This document shows, piece by piece, positions 29,025 through 38,223 of a DNA stretch of 64,000 nt (its first letter is position 1; each line of letters starts with the position of its first letter). Source of the stretch: an uncultured Myxococcales bacterium (GTDB taxonomy: Bacteria > Desulfobacterota > Binatia > UBA1149 > SPBQ01). The notes under the pieces are model-generated. The model saw only the letters and a list, made by a program, of their open reading frames with translations. It had not been told where the DNA came from and did not search any database. Made by a program: the position numbers and the translations under genes. The stretch lies in contig CAZKRI010000042.1 in the NCBI GenBank assembly GCA_964555245.1, forward strand, positions 2,567 to 66,566, read 5' to 3'.

Positions 29025-30578
29025 GTGGCCGCGTGCCGTCGACTATCGGCGGCTGTCGCCGCACCAGGGGAGGCGATGGTCGGCCGTATGCGAGAGGTCT
29101 CGAGCACATCCGTCGGCGACTCCAGCAAGAGATGGAAGCGACCGCGCGGAGGGTTTGGGCTGGTGATGGGGCTTGGTGGCCTCGCCGTCGCGCTCGTTTT
29201 GGTAACCATGGCCGGCAAACCCGAGAATCATCGTCTGAGCGTCGCTGCCGGCGTGTCCGGAACCACACGGGCCTTGATCGTCGACGCGCTCGTCGCGGCC
29301 GCGACGGAGCGCGGAGCCGTAGTCCGACTGGTCGAGGTGCCGGATGCGAAGACGGAGGTCGACCTCGTCAACGATCGAAGCGTCGATTTCGCGCTGCTCT
29401 CGGGCTCGTACCGCATTCCACGACACGCCAACCTCCGCGAGGTTGCGCCGCTCTACGTCGAGGCCCTGCACCTGGGTGTGAAGGAAGAGATCGCCCAAGC
29501 GGTCGCGAGGGATTTCGAAGCGCTTCGCGGGCGGGTGATCGATCTCGGGCCGGCTGGCTCCGAAACGGAGGGGCTGGCCGCGACCGTCTTGCAGTTTGTG
29601 GAGCCATCGGGCGACGAGGGCGCTTCTTCGCAGCCGTTCGTCACGCGGAGATTCGAGCCTGGCCAACTGCAGGCCCTGGTCGATGCCGGCGACCGCCGCG
29701 CTCTTCCCGACGCGGTGTTTCACCTGAGCGTCGTGCCTTCGCGTAAGGTGCTACCGTTGGTGCGCGACGCTGGCTACCGGCTCGTCGCGCTACCGTTCGC
29801 CAACGCGCTGCGCTTGAACACCTTGGTCGACGAGGCGTCCGTTGCCAAGCATGACGTCGACCCCCAGTACATCGTGGAGGCGGTAGTGCCGCGCTTTACG
29901 TACTCCCGAGATCCCGCGGTGCCGCCCGAAACGCTTGAAACCGTCGGAACCCGACTGCTCCTGCTCGCCCACGACCAGGTACCCAGCGACACGGTAGGCG
30001 TCATGCTGGACGCGGTGTTCAAGTCTCGCTTCGCCAGGCTCGCCGATCCCCCCTTGGACCATTCCGTATTCGCGTTGCCGCCGCGCCTTCCGCTGCATGC
30101 CGGGACGATCGCGTACCTGCGGCGAAGCCAGCCCTTTGTCACCAGTGAGAGGGTAGGAGGCATGAGCAGCGCGCTGAGCGTCATCGGTTCTCTGGTTGGC
30201 AGCGGGCTGTTCTTCCGCCAGTGGCGCCGGCAGCGCGCCGCGGCCAGGAGGGATGAGGTGTTCGGCTCCTACATCTTTCGCACCGCGGCCGTGGAGCGGC
30301 GGGTTACGGCCCTGGAGCTCGCTGCGACCCTCGACGCCGCCTCGCTGATCGAACTGCAGCAGGAGCTGCTTCGGATCAAGACCGAAGCGCTCGATCGCTT
30401 CGCCGCCGGTGAGCTCGGCGACCATACCACCCTGTCGAACCTTCTCGAGCCGCTCGATACGGCCCGAGGTCACATCGGGGAGCTGCTCCTGCACGTTCGC
30501 GAGAATATCGAGGAGCGAGCCGAAGCCGAGGGGCGCACGGAACAAGCCCTTTGGACGGAGGCGACCAGAAAGCCCTAG
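29025..30578 (+). CDS. hypothetical membrane protein: periplasmic solute-binding-like domain, single TM helix, cytoplasmic coiled coil
   Basis: N-terminal TM (GLVMGLGGLAVALVLVTMA). ~330-aa periplasmic region with a TAXI/PhnD-like flavour. A second TM (MSSALSVIGSLVGSGLFF) and a charged helical tail. Confidence 0.45.
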   Translation: MAACRRLSAAVAAPGEAMVGRMREVSSTSVGDSSKRWKRPRGGFGLVMGLGGLAVALVLVTMAGKPENHRLSVAAGVSGTTRALIVDALVAAATERGAVVRLVEVPDAKTEVDLVNDRSVDFALLSGSYRIPRHANLREVAPLYVEALHLGVKEEIAQAVARDFEALRGRVIDLGPAGSETEGLAATVLQFVEPSGDEGASSQPFVTRRFEPGQLQALVDAGDRRALPDAVFHLSVVPSRKVLPLVRDAGYRLVALPFANALRLNTLVDEASVAKHDVDPQYIVEAVVPRFTYSRDPAVPPETLETVGTRLLLLAHDQVPSDTVGVMLDAVFKSRFARLADPPLDHSVFALPPRLPLHAGTIAYLRRSQPFVTSERVGGMSSALSVIGSLVGSGLFFRQWRRQRAAARRDEVFGSYIFRTAAVERRVTALELAATLDAASLIELQQELLRIKTEALDRFAAGELGDHTTLSNLLEPLDTARGHIGELLLHVRENIEERAEAEGRTEQALWTEATRKP

Positions 30579-30624
30579 GGTTGCCCTCCGGCCTCGTACA
30601 CGACATCGATCCCCGCAAGGATCC

Positions 30625-31125
30625 CTATCCACTGGTCACGCTTGGCCGCCGCCAACGAGTCGGTGCTGGCGGTGTACGTGACCTGGTAGAGGGCCTGATC
30701 GCTGACGAGGAAACGGCCCCGATCTCAGAGGCCGCTTCGTGCTCGGCGCAGGCGCGCCGCGTGACTTCGTAGACCACATCCACCGCGCTGTCCTCGATGA
30801 GATTCCAAGTCGTGTCTTTGCACTCTTGATCGATCCGCTCTCGATCGGCCTCCAAAGCCTGACGCGCGGTGGTCGTTTTCTGGAGCCCTTTGAACTCTCG
30901 TTGCGTGACCATCTCCTGCCACGCGTCGACGGTTTGTCCCGACGGGACGTACTGAACCATCGACCCGGGAGTATCGGGGTCTTGGTAGGCGACGGTCCAC
31001 TCCCGGCCGTCGAATTTCATGCTCAAGCGTTCGGGCAACGGCTCTGGTGGACGCGCTGCGCAGGCGCTGAGCGAAGCCGCGATGAGGAGGATTGCGGCTG
31101 GGATCACCCTCATCCGTCGACGCAT
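30625..31125 (-). CDS. hypothetical lipoprotein
   Basis: Signal peptide and lipobox (LLIAASLSACAA). No recognised domain. Confidence 0.5.
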   Translation of the reverse strand: MRRRMRVIPAAILLIAASLSACAARPPEPLPERLSMKFDGREWTVAYQDPDTPGSMVQYVPSGQTVDAWQEMVTQREFKGLQKTTTARQALEADRERIDQECKDTTWNLIEDSAVDVVYEVTRRACAEHEAASEIGAVSSSAIRPSTRSRTPPAPTRWRRPSVTSG

Positions 31126-31127
31126 GC

Positions 31128-31409
31128 TCAGTAACGCTGATCGGTCCCTTCGAGCTCTTGCTGCCGTTCGCTCGGATCTTCGAGCTCCTGTTGGCGAGCG
31201 CTGGGCTCCTCGAGCTCGCGCTGCCGTTCGCTTTGCTCCTCCAGCTCACGCTGCCTCTCGTCGGCCTGTTCCAGCTCGCGCTGGCGTTCATCTGCGGCCT
31301 CGCGGTTGTATTCGTACTGCGCCAGCACGGTGCCAGTCATCACTGGCGCTGCCAGCAAGAGGGCAGTTGCGGCCACGCCTGCGAGCGAAAGAAGGGTTGT
31401 CCTATGCAT
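31128..31409 (-). CDS. small secreted protein with five tandem 10-aa E(R/Q)Q(R/Q)ELE repeats
   Basis: ATG at 31409. Signal peptide MHRTTLLSLAGVAATALLLAAPVMTGTVLA. Then ADERQRELEQ ADERQRELEE QSERQRELEE PSARQQELED PSERQQELEG, encoded by ~30-bp tandem DNA repeats. Confidence 0.6.
   Translation of the reverse strand: MHRTTLLSLAGVAATALLLAAPVMTGTVLAQYEYNREAADERQRELEQADERQRELEEQSERQRELEEPSARQQELEDPSERQQELEGTDQRY
31140..31295. repeat. ~30-bp imperfect tandem repeat, 5 copies, within the CDS
   Basis: Units such as CTCGAGCTCGCGCTGCCGTTCGCT, TTCGAGCTCCTGTTGGCGAGCGCT and CTCCAGCTCACGCTGCCTCTCGTC are read directly from the sequence. Confidence 0.7.
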
Positions 31410-31509
31410 CACGAGATCCTCCGTATGCTGTCTTGTCCGGACTCGTATCCGACCGGCTCTGATCTTGGAAGCCCTCCGGTTTCTCTCGACTTGACCGCCG
31501 ATCTGGTGC

Positions 31510-32808
31510 ATGAACCGCGGCATGCGAAACGTGAGAGAGCATTGGCTCTTGGTTCTTGCCGCCGGCCTTTGCCTCTGCAACGGCAACGCGTCCGAGAGCT
31601 TCGCCGCGGGATTCTGGCTCTACGAGTCCGGACAGCCGGACCTGGGCCTGGCAGCAGCCGGGCGGGCGGCCGCTGCCAAGGATGCGTCGACGGCCGGCAG
31701 CAACCCGGCCGGAATGACGCGGCTGGATCGGTCTCAGGCACTGGCCGGCGTCGAGGGCATCTTCGGTACCGCCGAGTTCGATACCGACTCCGGCACCACG
31801 GTCACTGGCGGCAACGGCGGCAACGCGGCCAGCCCCACTCCGTTGCTCGGATCGGCCTACGTTCACAGCCTGTCGGACCGCTGGAGACTCGGCGTCACGC
31901 TCGGATCCGCGTTTGGCGGGGCTCTCAACTACAACAAGCAGTGGGCAGGCCGGTACTACGGCCAAGACGTGTCGCTAACGACGCTCACACTCAACCCGGC
32001 GGCGGCCTACCGGATCAACGAACTACTATCGGTCGGCGCGGGGCTTACGGTGATGTACAGCAAGCTCAAAGAGCACACCGCGATCAACAACGTGCTCGAG
32101 TCTCTTCCCGACGGCCGCCTCAAGTACAACGACGATGCCGTCGCGCTCGGCGGCTTTGCCGGAGTGATGCTGGAGCTCGCTCCGGGCTCGCGGATCGGCG
32201 CGACGTATCGTTCGAAGATCGACCTGGACTTTCGCGACCGCGTGTCCTTCAGCGGTCTGGGACCTGGCCTGGAAGCCGCGCTCGACTCTCGCGGTCTCAT
32301 CGACGCACCGCTCGGGCTCACAATGACCGTTCCTCAAGGCGTGATGGTGAGCGGGTATCACGAGCTCAACGACCGGCTCGCGCTTCTGGCCAACGTCGGA
32401 TGGCAGGACTGGAGCCAGTTCGGCAACGTGGACGTCGGCATCACTACAGACACGACAACGAATCTCAGCGTTGATCTCGATCTGGACGATACGTATCACC
32501 TCGCACTCGGCTTGCAGGTTCGGTTGGCCGAGCCGTGGCTTTGGTCGGTTGGCACTGCCTACGACAGTTCTCCGATGGACGTGTCGAGCCGGAGCCCGGT
32601 GTTGCCGATGGACCGCCAGATCCGCTACGGCACGGGCATCCAATACGACTGGAGCGAGAAGACCACCCTCGGCATGGCCTACGAGTTCCTCGATCTGGGT
32701 GAGAACAATATCAACGTTTCGCGTGGCCCGCTGGCCGGTACCCTACAAGGCGACTTCGACAAGAACTACGTCAATTTCGTGAACCTCACGGTCATCCGCC
32801 GCTTCTAG
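31510..32808 (+). CDS. FadL/TodX/OmpP1-family outer-membrane hydrophobic-compound channel
   Basis: 432 aa. Signal peptide. Beta-strand-rich sequence ending in a C-terminal Phe (VIRRF). FadL-like N-terminal hatch segment (GFWLYESGQPDLGLAAAG). Confidence 0.8.
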   Translation: MNRGMRNVREHWLLVLAAGLCLCNGNASESFAAGFWLYESGQPDLGLAAAGRAAAAKDASTAGSNPAGMTRLDRSQALAGVEGIFGTAEFDTDSGTTVTGGNGGNAASPTPLLGSAYVHSLSDRWRLGVTLGSAFGGALNYNKQWAGRYYGQDVSLTTLTLNPAAAYRINELLSVGAGLTVMYSKLKEHTAINNVLESLPDGRLKYNDDAVALGGFAGVMLELAPGSRIGATYRSKIDLDFRDRVSFSGLGPGLEAALDSRGLIDAPLGLTMTVPQGVMVSGYHELNDRLALLANVGWQDWSQFGNVDVGITTDTTTNLSVDLDLDDTYHLALGLQVRLAEPWLWSVGTAYDSSPMDVSSRSPVLPMDRQIRYGTGIQYDWSEKTTLGMAYEFLDLGENNINVSRGPLAGTLQGDFDKNYVNFVNLTVIRRF

Positions 32809-32888
32809 AATGGGGTCAGGTCTAATTTCCCGCTGAACGGGTCCAGCTCTACTCCGCGTCGTTGCGGGAAATTAGACCTGACCCCATT
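32809..32888. repeat. perfect 24-bp inverted repeat with a 32-bp spacer, between the fadL-like stop and the pyk start
   Basis: AATGGGGTCAGGTCTAATTTCCCG ... CGGGAAATTAGACCTGACCCCATT. Shares a 16-17-mer core with the elements at 34319-34372 and 4391-4407. The core is AT-rich for this genome. Confidence 0.8.
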
Positions 32889-32894
32889 TCCAGG

Positions 32895-34355
32895 ATGAGC
32901 TTCCCGTCGCACAAAACGAAGATCGTCGCGACGATCGGCCCGGCTTCCGAGTCGCGCGAGGTGCTCGAGCGCATGCTTCGCGCGGGCGTGAACGTGGCGC
33001 GCCTCAATTTCTCGCACGGGGACTTCGCCACCCACGAGCGGGTCCTCGCCAACCTCCGTGCGGCCTCCGCAGCGACCGGGATCCGGGTCACTACCATGGC
33101 GGATCTGGCGGGTCCGAAGATGCGCGTCGGTGAAGTCGCCGGCGGGATGATCGAACTGCGCAGCGGCGACCGGTTCACGCTGACGACCGAAGAGGTCGCG
33201 GGCGACCAGAGCCGGGTATCGGTGTCCTTCGCGCGGCTGCCGCAGGTGGTCAAGCCCGGTGACCTTCTCTCGCTCAACGACGGATACATCCAGTTGAGCG
33301 TCGCCAGGGTCAGTGGCCACGAGGTGGACTGCACGGTGGTGGTGGGTGGCGAGCTGCGCTCGAAGAAAGGGCTCAACCTTCCTGGTATCGACCTAGGGAT
33401 CGGCGCGTTCACCGATCGCGATCGCGAGTGCCTACGCTTTGCGCTCGAACGCGGAGTGGACGCCGTCAGCGTGTCGTTCGTCGAGAGCGCGGACGATCTT
33501 CGTGCGGTACGGCGTACGGCTGAGGAACTGGGACATACCCCGTTCCTCATCGCCAAGATCGAGCGCGCCCGAGCACTGGAGCGCCTCGACGAGATCCTCG
33601 AAGAAACCGACGGCGTGATGATCGCCCGCGGCGACCTTGGGGTGGAGGTGCCGATCGAGCGAATCGCCCTGGTTCAGAAGGACATCGTGCGTCGCGCCAA
33701 TCGTCTGGCCAAGCCGGCGATCACCGCCACCCAGATGCTCGAGTCCATGACCACTCACCGGCTGCCGACCCGTGCCGAGGCGACCGACGTCGCCAACGCG
33801 ATCCTCGATGCCACCGACTGCGTGATGCTGTCGGGCGAGTCGGCGGTCGGCGCCTATCCGGTAGAAGCGGTGGAGATGCTGGCGAAGATCGCTACCACCG
33901 TCGAGGCCGCGGTACAGCGCACGTCAGTCGCGGAACTTGCCAAGAGTCTCGCCGAGACCGGCGGCTTGCGTCCCGAGCACCTGGTCGCGGCCGCTGTCGA
34001 AGCGACGCTCCGCTACGCGAAGCCCGCCGCCGTGTTCACACCCACACGCAGCGGCGCCTCCGCCCGGCGTGTCTCGGCGCTGCGTCTGCCCGTGTGGACC
34101 TTCGCCGTGAGCCCGAGCGACAAGGTCTGCCAGCAGTTGCAGTTCTCGTACGGCGTCTTCGCCGTCCACGCGCCGGAGGATCCGGAGTCGTGGAACGCGT
34201 ACATCGAGCGTACGCTACGCCGCTACGGCATCTCCGGCCGCATGGCTTTGCTGACCAACGGCCCTTCTGCCAAGCATCCGGACACCAACCATCGTCTGGA
34301 AATCGTCGAGCTGGGTCGAATTGGGGTCAGGTCTAATTTGCCGCGAAGCGGCTAA
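32895..34355 (+). CDS. pyk: pyruvate kinase
   Basis: ATG at 32895 (MSFPSHKTKIVATIGPAS...). PK motifs NFSHG, MIARGDLGVE, MLSGESA. The last ~12 codons (..IGVRSNLPRSG*) are encoded by the hairpin element at 34319-34372. Confidence 0.9.
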   Translation: MSFPSHKTKIVATIGPASESREVLERMLRAGVNVARLNFSHGDFATHERVLANLRAASAATGIRVTTMADLAGPKMRVGEVAGGMIELRSGDRFTLTTEEVAGDQSRVSVSFARLPQVVKPGDLLSLNDGYIQLSVARVSGHEVDCTVVVGGELRSKKGLNLPGIDLGIGAFTDRDRECLRFALERGVDAVSVSFVESADDLRAVRRTAEELGHTPFLIAKIERARALERLDEILEETDGVMIARGDLGVEVPIERIALVQKDIVRRANRLAKPAITATQMLESMTTHRLPTRAEATDVANAILDATDCVMLSGESAVGAYPVEAVEMLAKIATTVEAAVQRTSVAELAKSLAETGGLRPEHLVAAAVEATLRYAKPAAVFTPTRSGASARRVSALRLPVWTFAVSPSDKVCQQLQFSYGVFAVHAPEDPESWNAYIERTLRRYGISGRMALLTNGPSAKHPDTNHRLEIVELGRIGVRSNLPRSG

Positions 34356-34372
34356 TTAGACCTGACCCCATT
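34319..34372. repeat. hairpin element (shorter variant of 32809-32888) between the convergent pyk and pqiB stops
   Basis: AATTGGGGTCAGGTCTAATTTGCCGCGAAGCGGCTAATTAGACCTGACCCCATT. Near-perfect ~26-bp stem with a GAA loop. Confidence 0.75.
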
Positions 34373-35778
34373 CACTTGTGATGGTGAAACAGGTCGGTGA
34401 ACCAATGGTGCGAAGATCCCGGCTTGCCCGCAGTGTCTCCTTTGTAGTGATAGTCGACCGGAGCGGCTGCCGAGCTGGTCGCGACTGCCGCGGGCGCCGG
34501 GTCTTTCCCTGATCCCACCCAGATGTGCGGCGCCCAGTCCTGCGCTTGGTCGTCCGCTTTTTCTTGAATCTGAAACACGGAGCCGGCCTTCACGCGCGCG
34601 CCGGGCTGGTCGGGAGTGGCGAACGTGATGCCGCCCTCCAGCAAGGCCTCGAGCGATTCCGTCTGGATGTGCACGCCGTGCAGCCCGAGACCCGCCGAGA
34701 TCCCGCTCGCGTTCCAGAAGACCGAGTTCGTGCGTACCAGGGCGTCATAGGGCGCGTCGATTTCGACCAGAATGCCAACCGACTGGCCGTTGGTATTGAG
34801 CTGCGACGAGACGACTCTGCCCACCGCGACTTCGCGGTAGAGGACCGGATCTCCGGCCTTGAGCGAGCCGAGCCGGGAGGCCTCCAGGACGATTCGAAAC
34901 TGGCTCTCCGCATCGCGCGACTTCATCGCTTCCTCGCGCGTCGCAAAGAGCGAGTAGCTGGCCCCGGCGCTCGGCGGTTTGCCGGGGGCTCCGAGTGTGT
35001 CGAAGGCGATCCCTCCGGCGATCAACGCCCCCACGGATGCGAGGTCGACTTTGACGCCCGTCAAGCCGGCCGCAACCCGGATCCCGCTGGCGTTCCAGAA
35101 GACCGTGTTGTCCAGAATGTGGTGTGCATAGGGTTCCTGGATCAGGAGATGGACGGCGATCTTGTCGCTGTGCGAGTCGAACGCATGGCCGAGGATCTGA
35201 CCGACCGCCGCGCCGCGGTAGTAGACAGCGGATCCGTCGGTGATCCCGCCGAGGTCGTTCGTTTCCAGCAGGACTCGCAGCCCTTTCTGATCGGACAGAT
35301 CGAGAGGCTGCTGCATGGCGCCCGCGAAGATGTGCTGGCTCTTGCCGCCGGGTCGCGCCGGCTCGCAGGCGATGTAGACACCGGAGATGAGGGTGCCGAG
35401 GCCGCTCACGCCGGTGATCCCAACGTGTGGGCTTACGATCCAGAAGCGTGTGCCATCGATCAGATGCGGCTCGGCTTCCTTGGCCATCTGCGCCGTCACG
35501 ACCACGTGGGCGAGATCGGGGCTGACCTGAACGTCCGTCACACTGCCGATCTCGACACCCTTGTATTGAATGTTGGTCTTTCCGGCGGCTATTCCACCGG
35601 CCGCGTCGAAGGTAATCGTGATCGTGGAGCCTTTCTGCGTGTAGGTTCGATACGCAAGCCCACCGGCCACCGCTGCCGCGACCAGGGGAATCAACCATAC
35701 GATCGCGAGGCCACGCGCCACGTGGACTTCCGCTTCGGGCACCTCCGCGTCTTCGGAGAGCGTTTCGCGCTGTGTCAT
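34372..35778 (-). CDS. pqiB: PqiB/MlaD-like multi-MCE-domain protein
   Basis: 468 aa. N-terminal TM anchor, then repeated MCE domains (QYKGVEIGSVTDV..., AVYYRGAAVGQI..., PVLYREVAVGRV...). Confidence 0.8.
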   Translation of the reverse strand: MTQRETLSEDAEVPEAEVHVARGLAIVWLIPLVAAAVAGGLAYRTYTQKGSTITITFDAAGGIAAGKTNIQYKGVEIGSVTDVQVSPDLAHVVVTAQMAKEAEPHLIDGTRFWIVSPHVGITGVSGLGTLISGVYIACEPARPGGKSQHIFAGAMQQPLDLSDQKGLRVLLETNDLGGITDGSAVYYRGAAVGQILGHAFDSHSDKIAVHLLIQEPYAHHILDNTVFWNASGIRVAAGLTGVKVDLASVGALIAGGIAFDTLGAPGKPPSAGASYSLFATREEAMKSRDAESQFRIVLEASRLGSLKAGDPVLYREVAVGRVVSSQLNTNGQSVGILVEIDAPYDALVRTNSVFWNASGISAGLGLHGVHIQTESLEALLEGGITFATPDQPGARVKAGSVFQIQEKADDQAQDWAPHIWVGSGKDPAPAAVATSSAAAPVDYHYKGDTAGKPGSSHHWFTDLFHHHK

Positions 35779-37040
35779 TTTCGCACCTCGGTCGCGTCCC
35801 AGATCAGTCGTGGATCGAACGCCCTAGCGGCGAACATGGTGGTGACGACGACCGCCGCGAAGCAGGTAGCGCCGACACCAGGCACGATGGTGGCTACCGC
35901 GCCGAGCTGAACCAACGCGACCAGGATCGAGGTCATGAACATGTCGATCATGGACCAGCGGCCGACGTACTCGACGATCCGGAACACGACCGTGCGCTCA
36001 CGCGCACGCCGCCGCCACCTCCCATGGACGGAAAGCAGAAGAAAGGTCAGCCCGAACAGCTTGAGCATCGGCACGGCGATGCTGGCGAAGAAGACGAGAG
36101 CGCCGATCTCCCACATGCCGGCGCCGAAGAGCTGGACCACTCCCTCGTAGATCGTGTCCGTCTGCGGTTTGCCGAGCAGATCCATCTGCAAGACCGGGTA
36201 GGCATTCGCCGGTACGTAGAGAATAGCCGCCGTCAGTGCCAGCGCCCAGGTCCGTGAGAGGCTTGCCGGCTTGCGCCGCTCCAGCGCGCCGCGGCAGCGT
36301 GGGCAACGAAGCGGCCGTTCCCCGGCCGCACGCGGGGGTGCACAGAGCAGACTGCAGCTTTCGCACGAGATCAGGCTAGCCGTCGAAAGCACGTGCGAGG
36401 GTCCGCCGGCTGCCTCGGGCTTGGGCGGCGGCAGCGCCGCCCAGACTACGCGAGGATCGAGCGCGTCGTAGGCGGCCGCCAGAACGACGATGAGCGTGCC
36501 GAACGCGTAGAGCGCAGTGGCGGGCTCGATCGACGCCATCTGGTCGAGTTTGACTACCGCGACCATCGTTCCGAGGAGGTACACCTCCAGCATCGACCAA
36601 GGGCGCAAACGGTTGAGCACGCGAAACAGGGGCCCGAGGTGAGGCGCACGCGAGCCCGCCTTGATGGCGATCATCAGATAAACCATCCCCAACATGTGCA
36701 GCAGCGGCGCGAGCATGCTGGTGAACAGGATCAGCGCCGCCAACGGCCCGTAGCCGACGGCCCCGAGCTGCACGACGCCGCTCAGGATCTGGTTCGACTG
36801 CGACTGACCCTTGAGCTCGAAGATCATGAACGTGCTGACGTTGGCGATGAGCCACAGCGGCAGGGCCGCCAGCATCAGGGCGAGGGAGCGGTTGAGGGAA
36901 TCGCGCCGGGTCCGGTAGAGCGTGCCGCCACAGCGAGGGCAGCAGGCCGTGCCGCCCTCGGGTAGGGCCGGCCCCCGCTGCAGCAGGTCGCACTCGTTAC
37001 AGCGAATGAGCGGTGTCGCGTCAGAGCCTGCAACGCTCAC
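35775..37040 (-). CDS. pqiA: PqiA-like integral membrane protein (two repeated halves, each with a Cys zinc-ribbon)
   Basis: 421 aa. CNECDL...CPRCGG in the first half and CESCSL...CPRCRG in the second. 4-bp overlaps with both neighbouring genes. Confidence 0.8.
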   Translation of the reverse strand: MSVAGSDATPLIRCNECDLLQRGPALPEGGTACCPRCGGTLYRTRRDSLNRSLALMLAALPLWLIANVSTFMIFELKGQSQSNQILSGVVQLGAVGYGPLAALILFTSMLAPLLHMLGMVYLMIAIKAGSRAPHLGPLFRVLNRLRPWSMLEVYLLGTMVAVVKLDQMASIEPATALYAFGTLIVVLAAAYDALDPRVVWAALPPPKPEAAGGPSHVLSTASLISCESCSLLCAPPRAAGERPLRCPRCRGALERRKPASLSRTWALALTAAILYVPANAYPVLQMDLLGKPQTDTIYEGVVQLFGAGMWEIGALVFFASIAVPMLKLFGLTFLLLSVHGRWRRRARERTVVFRIVEYVGRWSMIDMFMTSILVALVQLGAVATIVPGVGATCFAAVVVTTMFAARAFDPRLIWDATEVRK

Positions 37041-38065
37041 TGGTCATCTTTGGGTGCTTCCGATTGGAGCTTCGTGAATATCGCTTCGAGCTGAGACACC
37101 AACATCTTGCCGCCGATCGAGCGCTTGGCACCGCCGCCGAAGCCGGTGACCTGATCGGTCGAGGTCCGGTTGCTGTAGACGACGACCGTACCGCCGGTTA
37201 CGGGGAGGAAGGCGGCGACGGCCTGTTCGGCATTGAATCCGCCGCTGACGAAATACTGTCGCTGCACGGCCACCCAGCCGTCGCCGTCGGGCACGACGAA
37301 GCCGTGAACCAGGATCAACGTCGGAACCCCGTGCGCCTCGAGGCTCAACCAGCGAAAGACCTCGTCCATGCCGGCCGGCTTGGACTGTGGGTAGCTCAGC
37401 ATGACCTGGTGGACCAGGGACGCGTAGGTCGCCAGGGCCTTGGAGCCCATCGTCGCGGAACGAAGCTCATCGCCCGGAGATCGCTGCTTGCCGCCGCCAA
37501 AGTCGTAGGGGGCCGTTCCGGCCAGCCCTTTGGCCTTGTAAGCCTGGTAGCGAGCGATCAGGTCGGTGCGGATCTGCTGCTCGACAGCCGCGGTGGCAGG
37601 AGAACCTCCGGCACCACTCCCGAGCTTGTTGTAGCCGGCGATCTCGGCCGTCGAGAGGTAGAGATCGCCCCCGGCTTTGGCGTTCACATAGGCCTGAGCA
37701 CGTTTGTCGGCGTTCGGTGCCAGGGTGAGCTTGGCGAGGTCCGCGACCGTGCCGACAGCGGATATGTCGCCCCACGCCAGGACGTTCTCGTCGACCTTGT
37801 TCAGCAAGCCGGCCCTCATCTCCTTCTCGAGGTCGGCGGGTGGCACTTTCACGAAGAAGGCGAGCGCCGCTACCAGCTCGCGCTCGCTACTTGGCGCGAT
37901 GGTCGCCTGCACGAACTTGCCGGCGAGCACGTCTTGGATGTCGCTGGCCGAGAACCCCAGATCGGTGAGCAGAGTTTTCGCGTCGGGAAGCTGTGCGGTC
38001 GCCGGAGATTCCGCCGCGAGCGTCAAAGCGAACGCCACGAGAGAAGTCGCGATCCGGGTTTGCAT
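37037..38065 (-). CDS. secreted hypothetical protein, first gene of the pqiAB operon
   Basis: ATG at 38065 with a GGAG RBS 6-9 nt upstream. Signal peptide MQTRIATSLVAFALTLAAESPATA. About 342 aa, no recognised domain. Stop overlaps the pqiA start. Confidence 0.6.
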   Translation of the reverse strand: MQTRIATSLVAFALTLAAESPATAQLPDAKTLLTDLGFSASDIQDVLAGKFVQATIAPSSERELVAALAFFVKVPPADLEKEMRAGLLNKVDENVLAWGDISAVGTVADLAKLTLAPNADKRAQAYVNAKAGGDLYLSTAEIAGYNKLGSGAGGSPATAAVEQQIRTDLIARYQAYKAKGLAGTAPYDFGGGKQRSPGDELRSATMGSKALATYASLVHQVMLSYPQSKPAGMDEVFRWLSLEAHGVPTLILVHGFVVPDGDGWVAVQRQYFVSGGFNAEQAVAAFLPVTGGTVVVYSNRTSTDQVTGFGGGAKRSIGGKMLVSQLEAIFTKLQSEAPKDDQ

Positions 38066-38223
38066 GATTCCAACTCCTTGCGGGCAACGTGAGTCCCCGG
38101 CGACGGATCCGGTGTGGCCCGTCACTGGGTGGCTGCCGAGAGGCGCCACGTGTGTCCGACCCGCGTGGCTGACGCAATATCACCCGGCTTTGCGGCCGGC
38201 GTCGCTGCGGAGGGGAAGCTGGA

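Noticed and set aside
31092-32474. 460-aa plus-strand ORF overlapping the fadL-like gene in another frame
   Set aside because: Alternative frame of the same strand. The FadL-like frame carries the signal peptide, beta-barrel periodicity and C-terminal Phe.
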